A DNA stretch of 43,826 bases from Rotaria socialis (taxonomy: Eukaryota): the NCBI GenBank assembly GCA_905331295.1, contig CAJNYD010000563.1, forward strand, positions 1 to 43,826, written 5' to 3'. The position numbers and the translations under genes were made by a program. Each line of letters starts with the position of its first letter. The stretch's first letter is position 1. Under the pieces are notes generated by a model that saw only the letters and a program-made list of their open reading frames with translations, did no database searches and was not told where the DNA came from. Below, piece after piece: positions 24,463-36,783 of this stretch.

Positions 24463-27158
24463 ATGATATTGAGCTTCTTTATATTATTTTCTTCTTTCCT
24501 TGTTACCGATGAGAAACACTTCAATGGAGGAACTATTACTTGGGCTCCCATTGATCCATATGATAATGGCACTTCAGTTGGAGTCACTATCACTCAAACT
24601 TATTCATGGACATATCCATATGTAAAATGTGAAAATAATGTACCGATCACCACTACTGCATTTACTGGTGCCAATGCTAATCTGACTTGTGTTGTTGATT
24701 GTTTAAGTGATGGTGGGTATTCAAGTGCACCCATTAATATTCTTACCGATTGTACATGGGCTAGTTCATCATTAAAGACGATGACAAGCTCAAGACCGAA
24801 GAATGTTACACTGTCTGCTGATGCTTATTTTTATATAGCTAATAGAGGAAGTGCTTGGACGCCGTTGAATAATCCTCCCACAGCAGCTCTTGAATGGTCC
24901 ATAGTGACATTTATTGATATTCGCCAACGACCGGATGGATTCATCAATAGCGCTCCCGTGCCACAGTTTATTTCTCCTCAATATGCGATTGTTAATAGAA
25001 CAACGAAGATCACTATCCCTGTTTCGGATCCTAATGATGGGGATGATATACGTTGTCGATGGGCAGTCTATACATCTGGATACCGAAGACGAAAACGATC
25101 GAATGACGAGAAAGAGCAAATCAATCATCCTTCTCATCTTCATTCATACAATCAGAGAGAAAGCAAGAAAGAGCTGATTCATATTAGAGAAAAAGCGAGT
25201 CCTTGTGGTTCTGGCGGTGGTGGTGGCAGTGGCTGTACCACTAACTGTACAAACGGTTGTAGTTGCCAATGTAGCGCGTGCATACGTTCATTATGTCCAG
25301 GAGCGACATGTACTTTAGCTGCAGGTTGCATGGCTACGACAACTACAATAGCGACCACCAGCACTCTAGAAACCATAGGAACATTAAAATCGACGTCATC
25401 GTATCCGACTCGTCAAGCTATTAATGAATGTGGGGGTATTTGTTATCCTGGTAGTTTGCCCAATGGTACAACCCTTTCAAATTGTACGATCACATTCACT
25501 GGCATGACAGCCGGCATCTGGTATGCAGTTGCAATTCAGGTAATCTGATTCTTTTTCACACATACTTGAATGCTCTATCATAATCCTGGAATCTCTCAAA
25601 CTATCTAGCATAATCTGAATGATTTGGTTACAGGAGGACGATGCTGAACTCTTGTTAAACCAAATATTCGAGTTTTAAATGTTATGTATATTATTTAAAA
25701 AAATATGCAATCGTTTACAACATTCTCCAGAAATATACAATAACATACAGTGTAGATTTCTTACTCTATAGGTTGAAGATTTTATCAATTCATCAAGCGC
25801 AACACCAATGAGTTCAGTTCCTATTCAAATGTTAATTTATGTTCTGCCAACACCATTCTGTTCAATCACGCCTATCATCTTGCCTTTAACTGACTGCCTC
25901 GAAGTACAAGTTCATGTCTCAGTTAGCTTCAATATCTCCGCAATGAATTTATGTAATTTTACTGTCGCTAACATTACAGACATTGTTACTTCAACTAATA
26001 TCAATGGTATGACTGGTAGTAATCTCACAAGCTCAACAACGAACTCATCGATTTCATACGTAACCTATACCTGGATACCACAGAACAATCAAGTTGGATC
26101 TCAGCGACTATGTTTCATTGCATTCACAAGGTAGAATTTATCTACGTTCACTTTTCATAATTTGAATGATGTTTTTGTTTCTTGTTAATAAGTGAAAATC
26201 TACAATCATCTCAATATTGTGTGCAATTCACTGTAAAAAATTCATCCAACATTTGCGTTACAACGACGACTTCCACAACAACCATATCCACGACAAAATC
26301 CACAACAACCACGACGACCACTACAACGACATCGACAATCACCAGTACGACATCAACAACAGCTACGACGACTAGTACTTCTTCAACATCTGCTACGTCT
26401 ACCACTTCAACCAAGTCTACAACCCCGACGATCTCTACAACTTCTAGCACGTCTTCAACGTCAACTACCTCAACCACGTCGATAACATCTACGACTTCGA
26501 CAACCTCAACGTCGTTCTCAACGTCTACGACTTCAGTAGCAACGATAACATCTTCATCCTCACAAATATCCACCTTGCAATCGACGGATGACTCTTCTCT
26601 TTTTGTTGGACTTGGCATAGGTCTTGGTCTTCCACTAATATTCGCTATTGGTATAACGGCTGTTTGTCTTTGCTGCCGGTGGTGCCCAGGAGCGTTCTGG
26701 TACGCGGATACATGCTTGATTTTTGCTTTATAAATCAAATTCTTTTCGTTTTTCATAGGAGAAGATTGCGCGAAAGGTTTTGGCGAGAGAACTCTACTCA
26801 TTGTGAAGAATGCGTGAAAGAATACAATGGCCAATCACATGAGAACGCTCATAAGATTCGGGGTCAGGATTCAACGAACTATCGACGACAGTATATCAAT
26901 GATAAACCGCAAACGCCAGTCATGGATTATTTTCGTGAAGATTCGCTTCTCTCTGGTTCATTGCCACCGTTTGAGATACAATCGATGACAACGACATATA
27001 CTACTTTCATGTCATCACCCTCCATCAACATCATGCCAAGTGAGAATATAACTGGAAGGTTGAATGACCCCAGTCAGTCATTCTCAACTGGTTCTGGTGG
27101 GTCAATCCTTGTACGAGCTTATGTGGCACAACAACAGACAAAAGGTAGATTTCCCTAG
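24463..27158 (+). CDS. Type I membrane protein of the 'HFxGG-I-W' family with furin-like site, Cys-rich insert, Thr/Ser stalk, TM and cytoplasmic tail; exons 24463..25539, 25772..26130, 26193..26699, 26759..27158
   Basis: Signal peptide MILSFFILFSSFLVT followed by HFNGGTITW. Motifs RPDGFINSAP, DGDDIRCRW, ECGGIC, YAVAIQVEDF and PMSSVPIQ. TM LFVGLGIGLGLPLIFAIGITAV followed by CLCCRWC. Introns are phase-consistent. The 3' end may continue through a donor at ~27145. Confidence 0.85.
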
Positions 27159-27562
27159 TGATTTACATTTTCCATAGACAACTATTTTGACTTCGCTCTT
27201 GATAAACAGTATTAACTTTGAGAAAAATCACTAACACAAGCACTTTTTCTAATAATTAACATAAATCTTATCCACAAATAATCTCACTATTCTGAAGTTT
27301 TTGGGCGTGGGTGTGGTTGAGTAATGTAGATGAAGAAAAGTCTCGAACACCCTCAAGATATAACTATACTCTTGTAAAAGAATATCAAAACAATTTTAAT
27401 AAAGTAATAGTTGTGCACTGTAGTTCTCTCAGAAAAATAGGAAAATACAATTGTTCATATAAAAAAAAGAGGCAAAAATGAATATGGATACTTGAAAATT
27501 ATGTAATATATAGTAAGAATTTCTCATAGTCTAATCAAAATAACATCATTGATCAATGTTCA

Positions 27563-30500
27563 CTATGGGTAACCTGGTGCCAGTCGACGTATACGTCGTT
27601 CGTATCGGATTTGTTGTGTAATCATATTTGGATTGAATTTTTTCATCAACTAAGTATAAAACGCAGACATTGATGCGATATGGGCTAAAAGCATAGCTAA
27701 ATACCCAATAGCATTAAACACTGCAACTGGATATCGCCAAATGTATTCCTTAAGTAGAGAACAAACACAGCTTTCAAAAAAAACGAGTGACTTGAATTTA
27801 CACATGACATACAAAATTTTTTGATGTAAAAACTGATATCTCTGTAGAGATGCTTGTTGTAGTAGTCGTAGTTGTACCTTTGAACACAGTATCAAGGAAA
27901 CAAGTAAGTTATTCACTCTACTAGAAGATTTTCTTTTTCTCACTTGTGGTTACAGTGGATGTTGTCGTAGTAGTTGTAACTTGAATGCCGGTTGTTGTCA
28001 GCTGAAGTGCGGTAACATTCAAGTAAAGCATATCTGCTTAACGGAGAGACTCATGGTCACTTACCAATGTGCTAACAGTTAATGCTGATACTGAACGGGA
28101 CGTGGCTGTGTGTGTCGTAGGTGCTGTGGTGGTTATTGACGTTGTACTTGAAAGCTCTGGGTTCCATATTTCAAAATGCCAGAATAATGCATCAGTTATT
28201 TTAATTGATTCGGGACCTATATATTTCAAGAAAGAGTTCGACATGAACAAGCTGAACCTGTCGCTACTTATTCATCACATACCGAAAAATTCAGTGCCGC
28301 TTGAAAAACCTTCATCCATAGTCATATAGTATGTATGCCCCTACGTCCATATATAATTTGTTACTAATATCGTAATTGTATTACCACTATATGGAATATT
28401 TGAAGACCACCCAGCATCATATTGGACGACCACAGAGTTTGTGGCTGCATCATTAAAGTAAATATTCGTACCGTTTAAAGATGGACGGTGTACTGTCTTG
28501 GATGCTAAAAGAAATATATTATAGACTTATTGAGTCAAGGTGTAATCTAGATATAGATATATATCTTGAATCGAGAAGAGTGATTGATTAGCAAACACAG
28601 TTCCAAGCGGACTAGCTGATCCTTGTACCATCACTGGTCTATTTTACACCATTGATCAGATTGTTGATTCAGTGTGTCAATAGCAGCAGCACAGAAAGCT
28701 TGTGGGCCGATCTGCTGTGCGGTGGGAACCCATGGCAAGGTCATGGTGTACGTATCTATGAATCATTCAACTGTAAAAGTAATTATCCTGAGAATTGAGA
28801 GAGGCTCTCACTAGCTGACGAATCATAAGTGATTGCACTCTTTATTAGACCAGTTCGGGATGAAGTTGTAAAGCGTATTATACCTGCTGTAGTACATCCA
28901 GGCTGTGCTACGGCGCTTTCTGATACAGTCAAATTTATTGACTGACCGACACATGCTATAGTTTGAAAAAAACAAATAAGTTATAATCCGAAAATCACAC
29001 GGGGAAATACACATTTAAGTAAATTACCTCGATTTGGGCGTACGCCGATAATAACTAGTCGTACAGAGCAAGAAGTCGGCGCAGCGACAACATAGAATAG
29101 AAATTGAATAGGAATACTACTCATTGGTGTCGTAGAGGAACTGCTATAAAAGTCTTCGATCTGTAATGCAACAGCAAAATATCGGCCAGTTTGAGACGCT
29201 GCCAGAGTTGGTGTTTGACACACACATGCACTTCTACATGCATCGATATTTTGAACAGGATTGCCACTGGCTGTGCAGAAGCAGTGACCGAACTACCAGA
29301 TGATATACCTTCAGTAGCCCAGCGACACACGAGTACGTTACCAAAATCAGCATCAGCCATCTAAGTTAAATTTTAACGAAAAACCAAATATACATTCTTT
29401 CACATACCTTATTCCACTACTTTTAATCATCTCACCTGAACAACATGGACATGCTGGACACTCACTGTTTGATATATAACTGGAAGGGTAATCGTGACAG
29501 GATTTGTATTTATTTTTCCATCTAGTCTGACATATGCATTCAATAAATTCATTACTGATCAATATCCTTGACCGGAATTAAAAGCTAATGCTAACCATGC
29601 ACTATTATAGAAACCAACTGATCGACTTGTTCCCAATGTCAATGTAGCCGTATCGTAACGTTCACTCGAACTATTGTCAACAACGGCATCACAATCCGTG
29701 CAGTAAACATCTGTTGTTATTGTTGGCCTACCACTGCAGGTACCGCACCAACACGATAGTAGAGATCCCGTAACAGCCATTAGAGCGGCAAGCGTAGGAC
29801 AATTTGTTGCTGTATTTGCACCTTTTCTCCAGGAATACCGTTGTTAGATAAGAAATTGGGCAGTGGGCCCACTTGGAGTAATGTTGAGTGCACGCCCGTA
29901 TAGATAATAGGAAAAAAACTTATCGATATTTCACATTTAGAAGTTATAAAATGATTCCATTTGAAGAATTTCTGAATTCTAGAGAGTTACAGAACTGATG
30001 TTTGTATCTCTGGATGATTTATTTTCATGAAAAAGCATTTGATATTGTGAGAAGCCTTGCTCTGTCCTTGTGCACAAATAAAAAATGTATACTGAACAAC
30101 TAGACGGAGGCTTTCTGCTCATATCTGATCGTTTGAAGGTCGCTAAGTGTAAAAACAAACCTATTATCAACTACTGTTGGAGCTCAGGCCAGTGGCAAAG
30201 TCAGGGAGTGGCTCAGCTCTTCTTTCCAGTCAAAAATCTGGATTGCGCTACTAACTCAAACTTTAGCTTCACAATTCTCTTTCCAAGTTTTAAACCATTT
30301 GGAGTTTTACGACGCAAAAATTCAACTTCATTGGTGCGAAACACGTGTTATATAGAACGATACATTCCCAGAAAAAAATACAATGGTGAAAAAACTCCAT
30401 CGAACTGTAAAATTTTGACTTTCCAAAAACAGAGAGAAGCCATTCTTCAAGCAGTCTCATGTCCTTTGTAACGTGCCCGCACGCGAACTAGAACTCAATC

Positions 30501-31043
30501 GTTGAGCATGGAAGGGTTTAGAAAGCGAATCGAACCAACTTTTTCTAATTTGACTTCGTATCAGTTCGGTTCGAATGGAAAAGAAAAAAAATGTTTAGTT
30601 TGTTTTGATTCGATTTAGTTCGCACTTCATATTCTTATAACATCGACAATTCTTAATAAAAAGTCTGAGTATCAAAATTGTACCTCAAGATAAATTTTCG
30701 AATTTATTAATAGTTATTATCTTGAATGGCAAAAAACAATTCCAACCAGAGAGCGAATCAAATCGACTTTTCTGATTCTGATTCGAGTTTGTTTCGGTTC
30801 GGTTCGATTTCGCTCTCAGATTCACACCTAGATTGACCAGGTAAGCCTATGCATTTCTACTTCAGTATATTATGAGTAAAAATTTCCATGAATGAGCTTA
30901 ATGTAGAGGGCATATTAGACGACAAAAAAGTTGGAAAGAACGTTAGCCGGAGAGCCACACACTTACCAGCTGATAATGCCACCACGAAAATGTGATGCAT
31001 CGATAAAAATAAAACAGCAGAGAGTAATATAAATAGTGTTGAT
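27563..31043 (-). pseudogene. Pseudogene paralog of the 'HFxGG-I-W' surface protein with Ig-like region, Thr stalk and TM
   Basis: Signal-like CCFIFIDAS-HFRGGIISW|GTAAGT (donor 30966). Motifs RLDGKINTNP, VLVCRW, FAVALQIEDF, PMSSIPIQFLF and QIGPQAFC. Lesions: in-frame stops (~29846 TAA, 29559-29561 TGA, ~28341, 27650), frameshifts, a CGG acceptor near 29897, and no ATG at the expected start. Confidence 0.85.
30515..30830. repeat. TE-like fragment with TTCGGTTCG arrays and internal inverted repeat, in the pseudogene intron
   Basis: Two related blocks agcgaatc...ttcggttcga; inverted pair GAGAGCGAA (~30749) and TTCGCTCTC (~30817). Confidence 0.4.
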
Positions 31044-31482
31044 TTTATTTCTTTTGATCAATTTGACACAAATCTGAAAGTCTCTAATGTCACTTTTTAT
31101 ATACTTATTTTTTTCTCTTTCTTTTTCGTCTATTTATTTAGCAGAGTTTCTCATTTAATTAAAAAACCCACTTGAATGGATTTCATAATCGATGTTGCAT
31201 CTTAACGGTAGACTACAGTTTGCCACACACATTTGCCGAAGATTGTATTGATTTTGAAACCACATTAGCATTTTGCTCGGAGCCGCCAGGGAAACATTTT
31301 TTCTACCCCAGTTAATACACCATGATACACATGAGAATTCTGATGTCTGTAATGGTGCTTGGGCGGGGACGAAAACAAGATGCACACTCACACCCTCACG
31401 ATAGATAACTTTCTAAAACTTCATTCGAAACGACATGAAGCAAACCTTTCTAGACTTCCCATATTTTGTTTCATTAAATGTC

Positions 31483-31585
31483 TAGGGGTATGAGAGTTCA
31501 GTTTTAATTCCGATCAAAAGAGCTGTTCGAACAGTTCTTTCTCTCATTTAATCTGAGCTTGGATCTGAGAACTGCTATACCCCTA
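31483..31585. mobile_element. 103-bp hAT-type MITE
   Basis: TIRs TAGGGGTATGAGAGTTC and GAACTGCTATACCCCTA; 8-bp TSD taaatgtc/taaatgtt. Confidence 0.75.
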
Positions 31586-31890
31586 TAAATGTTATTCTTC
31601 ACACAGGCTAGACGATTTTTGCTGCCAAAATAACAATATTTTTTTGTATAAATATGAAACTATAATTATTGACAGACTATGCTTGCAAATAAAGAATCCA
31701 ATCTTTGCATTGCATAACGTAAAAATTCAATGCCCAGTTCCCTTCTGTTAAAAGGCCTTCAACCCCTTCTCATTTATTTACTTCTTTTGATCTGAATTTT
31801 TTTCTTTATTTGCTATTTATTATTATTGACTCTATTGAAAAAAGAAAAGAAAAATAAGCTATAAAATGTAACACTAATAAAAAAAAAGAT

Positions 31891-33142
31891 TCAACAAGGT
31901 TTAACACTTGTCGAATGTGTAGCACCGATCACATTTATATTTTGAATATCGAGCTCGTGCTGATTTGATAGAATTGATATAGAATTGAAATTCACAGGTA
32001 TTGATACCGGATGACATTGAGGTTGTTCATTTACGAAGCAAGTTTGAGATAGATTAGCATGATTATTAAATGCATTTATAACAATCGATGAATCAATATG
32101 CATCGGAATATAATGTGTTCCAGATGGATGTAAGACAAATGCTGGCACTTTTGCTTGTTTGATTGAATTATTCTCATCATTTTGAATTTTACTTCTCTCA
32201 CATAAAGAAAATCGATTGTCATTCGTTTTGTCACAGTTTGTTTTTGGTGGTTTTAATCCGTTCTTTTTATCAGATATAGCTAAAATATTTTAAAAAAAAT
32301 GTGATTTGGAATTTCCATTAGATTTTTTTTGTTTTAATTTTAATTACAAATCTCACCTTCTAAATCTCTTAATTCAACTTCTTTCTGTTGAATATATTGA
32401 AATATCTCAGAGTGAAGTTTTTCATCATTGCTCTGTTTTTCTATGTATTCATACATATCACCAATACCATTATAATATCCAGCTCGATAGACATCAACTT
32501 TCGAATTGATCTTTTTTTCTATTTCGAATGGTTCATCTGAACAAAAGTATAACGAAAAGTAAGAAAAGAAAATTTGTTTTTCAATTTACATGATTTTGAA
32601 TTTGATGATAATAAACAACGAATATATTTAATGGCCATTTCAATAATTTCTGTTTTTTCAATACGTCTTTGATTCTAAAAAGGAAGCACGTTCAAATCGA
32701 CAATAGAAACAGGAATAAATTCATACTTTAGGCTTTCTATGAGGTATTAAATTCAATAAAATGTCAAGGCTACGATTCATTCGATCTCGGCGTCGTTTTT
32801 CAATCAATCGATGAGATTTCGAATTCTGAATTAAAAACAATGTACTCATGTGTTTTTTAGCGGCGTCTCACGTTGTTTCATAATTTACTTTAATTGTTAT
32901 TTGTTTCCATGGTCGATTGATGTTATGTTCGTCCTCGGTTGTGCCAGATTTTCGGTGTCTAGATTAAATAAGTAAAATTAAATGTTAATTAATCAGTTTT
33001 GTTTATACTTTGATTGACTATTGGAATCTTCGTCAAATAAATCACTATCAAATTCATCATCAATAACGATTTCCAACGTCTCTGGTGATAAAACTTCGTC
33101 CGGTAAGTTTTTATTCTTCGTGATTAATTTTCTTGAAGGCAT
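31891..33142 (-). CDS. cwo: Clockwork orange-like bHLH-Orange transcription factor; exons 33142..33009, 32958..32889, 32825..32727, 32674..32590, 32536..32357, 32279..31891
   Basis: bHLH SHRLIEKRRRDRMN...LIP...RIEKTEIIEMAIKYI; Orange-like YRAGYYNGIGDMYEYI; cwo-type C-terminal motifs VPAFVLHPSGTHYIPM and CHPVSIPVNF; all introns GT-AG and in phase. Confidence 0.88.
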
Positions 33143-34438
33143 CGTCTGAAAATAAAACATTAATTTGTTATTTGAAAAGACATAAAACGAAGAATATGTA
33201 TGTTTCACAAATTTTTCTTGTACTCTGTATGTTGTCGTCTGTCATTCATTCTACTTTATAAAGCCGCTCTTTATTTCGTCTGCTACTACTACTCCCTCTG
33301 ATGTATTTAATCTATAAAAAAAATCGATTTTTTATGTTTGATTTGAGGTTGACTTAATCTATTTAAAATAGTCTCGTCTTTGATTACAATCATCAGAAGT
33401 GAAAAAATTCCCTCTTGTCTTAATATCTTTGCTGAGTAATATGTAGAATTTTTTTTGCGAGGATGTAGGCAGCCTATTGTTTTTCTTTCTTTCAATATAA
33501 AAAGACGAATCTATACATAAACATCAGGCATTGTATGTTTGTAAGGAATGAAAAATTGAGGTGCATGGGAAGTTTTTCTTTGAAAGTTGACCGGCTTTCT
33601 TGTTGCAATGACGAGTAGACACTTGAGTGACTGAAGCACATGCTAAACTTGAAAAAAAAAGAAATCCATTACACTCGTATTCTATCGTTTTCCTCTTTCC
33701 ATTCTTCTGTTGATGTACGACTAGACGACAGAAATCTGCTTTTCTTTGCGTTCTGAACTATTCTTCAACAATTTTCATTTCAAAGAAATTCAAAATCATA
33801 AAGTCCAGCATGTTTGTTTGTATTATAGAAGTAGCGTGAATAGTAGTAATAAAAACTGACTAAAACAATTGTTAGCTACTGACATATTGTAGCTCATTAT
33901 TATTTGTAAGACCACAATTCAAATAATGATAGATTAGGAAGTAGAAGAGTTTCATATTCATTCGAAAAGCCTCCGAATCATTTTGAAATTTGAACGACTC
34001 ATTTAACATCTATGGTTTTAAAATAAAAAGTTGCTTTTCTTCTGTAGGTTGAATAATTCAAAAAAGTTTCGTGTTCTCGTAGGGTTTTTTGATGGATAAT
34101 CAAACAATATATTTGAGAATCCATTAAAAGCAGTGCACGATTGAAAAAACAGTTTTTTTTTGTAACGCAATCATAGGATTCCTATGAATCCTTATGCAAA
34201 AGAAGCGAAATTTTGATCATAACGTACGCTTATGAATCTCACCCGAAGCGTCACTATTGGTTGAATTCGACGTTTCATTCTACTATTTATTTCTAAACCA
34301 ATCAATATGTATTCGTAGATGATTACAAGACAAAACAATTCATCTGCATCCGTTTTAATCATATAGAGGTTTACATAAAAGTAAACGTTAGTAAATACCT
34401 TTCGAAAATATTCATCGAACTGAGTTTTATGCAGTTTC

Positions 34439-35398
34439 CAGTGGCGGATCCACCAGTTAGGCTACACGGCCATCGCCACCCCCTGAGGATAGAATACCGG
34501 CGAAAGTTTTTGAAATGTTTCTATGATTCAACGCATGATATAATAGATATTGCAATATGATATTTAATTAAACGATGTCAGCTTTGATCGTAAAAATAAG
34601 GTACAGAATATGTAATAAAATAAAGCTCTGTGAGCGAATGACTAATAGCAAGAAGTAGAATAACAGGATTAATCATAAATATCATCCATTGACAATTGAT
34701 CAAATACACTTGAATATTGAAACGTAACCATCAAAAGCTTATGTGAACAAGAAACCTTGACAAAACTTCAATTTTACTAGGAGAGCCTAATTGTGTAGCC
34801 GGGGGTATTGAAAACTTTACGGGAAATATCTGATTTTTTCAATATAATTTGACCGAAATATCTAAAGCGTGTAGTAATGACATGTACATATTTGGGAATC
34901 CCTAATCCACTCTCCCCCGACGATTCCCCCGGGAGTCCCTGTCGTGAGTTCCCGGGGACTTTTTATTTGGGGGATTTCTCTGGGGAGAATTGATGAAATT
35001 TTTTTAAATAAAAAAAAACTTTCTAACTTTTTTAAATTTTAAAAAATTTAGAAGAATTCATTAGTAATTAGATATTTCATCGGTTTTGGCCAGATAACTC
35101 CCCTGGGAGTCCCCAGTGATGCCTTCTTTATAGTAACAAATGAATACCATATTCTAGATTGAAATGTATCCTTTTATTACTAAGTTTTTCAAAAAACCAG
35201 TAGTCTCAATTTGCAACAATCACCAGCAAGAAGTAAATGAAAAGGGATCATTTCATAGTGATATACTATATAAAACGAAATAAAGAATTCGAAAGATTAA
35301 GCACACATTTTTAAATATTTCACGAAAATTAATACTAGCTTGTTTGAAAACAATTTAGAAATCGCCACCCCCTCTCGAAAATCCTGGATCCGCCGCTG
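34439..35398. mobile_element. Non-autonomous hAT-type element (960 bp)
   Basis: TIRs CAGTGGCGGATCCA and TGGATCCGCCGCTG; 8-bp TSD gcagtttc/gtagtttc; subterminal ATCGCCACCCCCT at both ends. Confidence 0.88.
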
Positions 35399-35982
35399 GT
35401 AGTTTCGAATGAAGAATAATTCATACTGCAATTATTGGTGAACAAAATGTAATAGAAAACAAGGCAACCCTATTTTTCAAAAGGTTATCAAGTGCAATCT
35501 ACCACTTTCATGATAGAAATACGATGTCCTTATCGTACTTTGTTTTTTGGTCAGTAAAAAGAACAATGGCACAATGACTTGCAACAGGAGAGTTTTTGTG
35601 CCTCTCTTTTTTTTATTTCTTTCAATAAACTGCCGAGACACAACATTTCTTTTTTCTATTCATTTTTACCTGTTTTCTTATTTCTATAATAAATGTTAAA
35701 TCAATCGGATGAATAACAACTTGACTCAACAAATTTATTCACGGAAACAATCCATTCGACCTCAGACAATGGGAGAAAGAATTATTCAGTAAAAACGGTG
35801 AAAATGTCATTGGTCGGTAGCCACGTAAAGGCAGAATACACAACTAATGTCGAAACTTGAAAAAACATTAGGCTAGAAGCCCGATAAATGAACAATAATA
35901 AACAGGATGTGACCTGACAATTTAAACAAATGATAGAGCAACGAGTTAAATTTGTTTTTGTTTCTCTGTTAGTAGATCGTAC

Positions 35983-36783
35983 GGAGTTGGTGGAAAACGT
36001 AGAAAAGGAAAATATCGAAATGATTAGCTTTATCTTTTTGATGAATGAGATATTTAATCCTTTATTAATTTAAAATGAAAAAGACTAAAAAAAATTGACA
36101 ATATAAGTGCATCTATTTTTTTTCTTTCCAATCAACAATGATAAACCGTACAAGTTTAGCTTCTAATCGGTCTCGATTGAAAGGATGGTTATGATCACCT
36201 TTAATATATATCATTGCATTAGCAACAGAGTTGTGTATATATATACACTACATTCTTGTTCACCACACAACCAATATTTTCTATTTGCTGTTGTCTTATT
36301 GCATTTGAATAAGTAATTCTCGTATATTAATAATGGTTTACCCTTGTTAGATGTAGAAAATGATATGTCAAAATGCTGGGTTTTACATGAACTATTTTCA
36401 GAAGCTAAGTTTGTCGCCATTCTAACAATATGTCAATTGAATACTTGAAAATTTTCTTTATTCGATGAGAAATATAATATGTGAAGCGAAAGAGTGACCA
36501 ATGCAGTGGCGGATTTAGGAGGTGCGATCACCTCGTCGTAGCCCCTTCGATATTTATTTTTATTTTTCCCAGCAAAAACGAACGAAAAACAAGCTCATGC
36601 TACCTGGAATATATCTCAAAATGTGTTTTTTGTCTATGATCGCACCCCTTCAGAAAGTCGTACCCCTCTTTCAAAATCCTAGATGCGTCCCTGCGCCAAT
36701 CAGAATAAGAAAATAGAATTTCTTTAGTAACATCAGTCGAATGTATTCGACATTTTCTTTTTCTACGTTTTCCACCAAGATCC
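35983..36783 (-). mobile_element. Internally deleted Mutator-like (MULE) element with FLYWCH zinc-finger remnant
   Basis: ~37-bp TIRs GGA(G/TC)TTGGTGGAAAACGTAGAAAA...CGAA; direct repeat ATCGTAC on both flanks; internal ISFSTSNKGKPLLIYENYLF...YWLCGEQECSVY, a frameshift, then GDHNHP (36420..~36182). Confidence 0.82.
36504..36693. mobile_element. Degenerate 190-bp hAT-type MITE nested in the MULE
   Basis: TIR CAGTGGCGGATTTAGGA versus reverse complement CAGGGACGCATCTAGGA; flanks gaccaatg/cgccaatc match at 5/8; internal repeated GCCCCT/ACCCCT. Confidence 0.6.

Noticed and set aside
26211..26834. Val-rich 207-aa ORF on the minus strand
   Set aside because: Antisense shadow of the Thr/Ser stalk exon of the + strand gene.
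30085..30471. 128-aa ORF and a CAGTGGC TIR-like start at 30190
   Set aside because: Lies in a pseudogene intron with no protein motif, and no matching second TIR or TSD was found.
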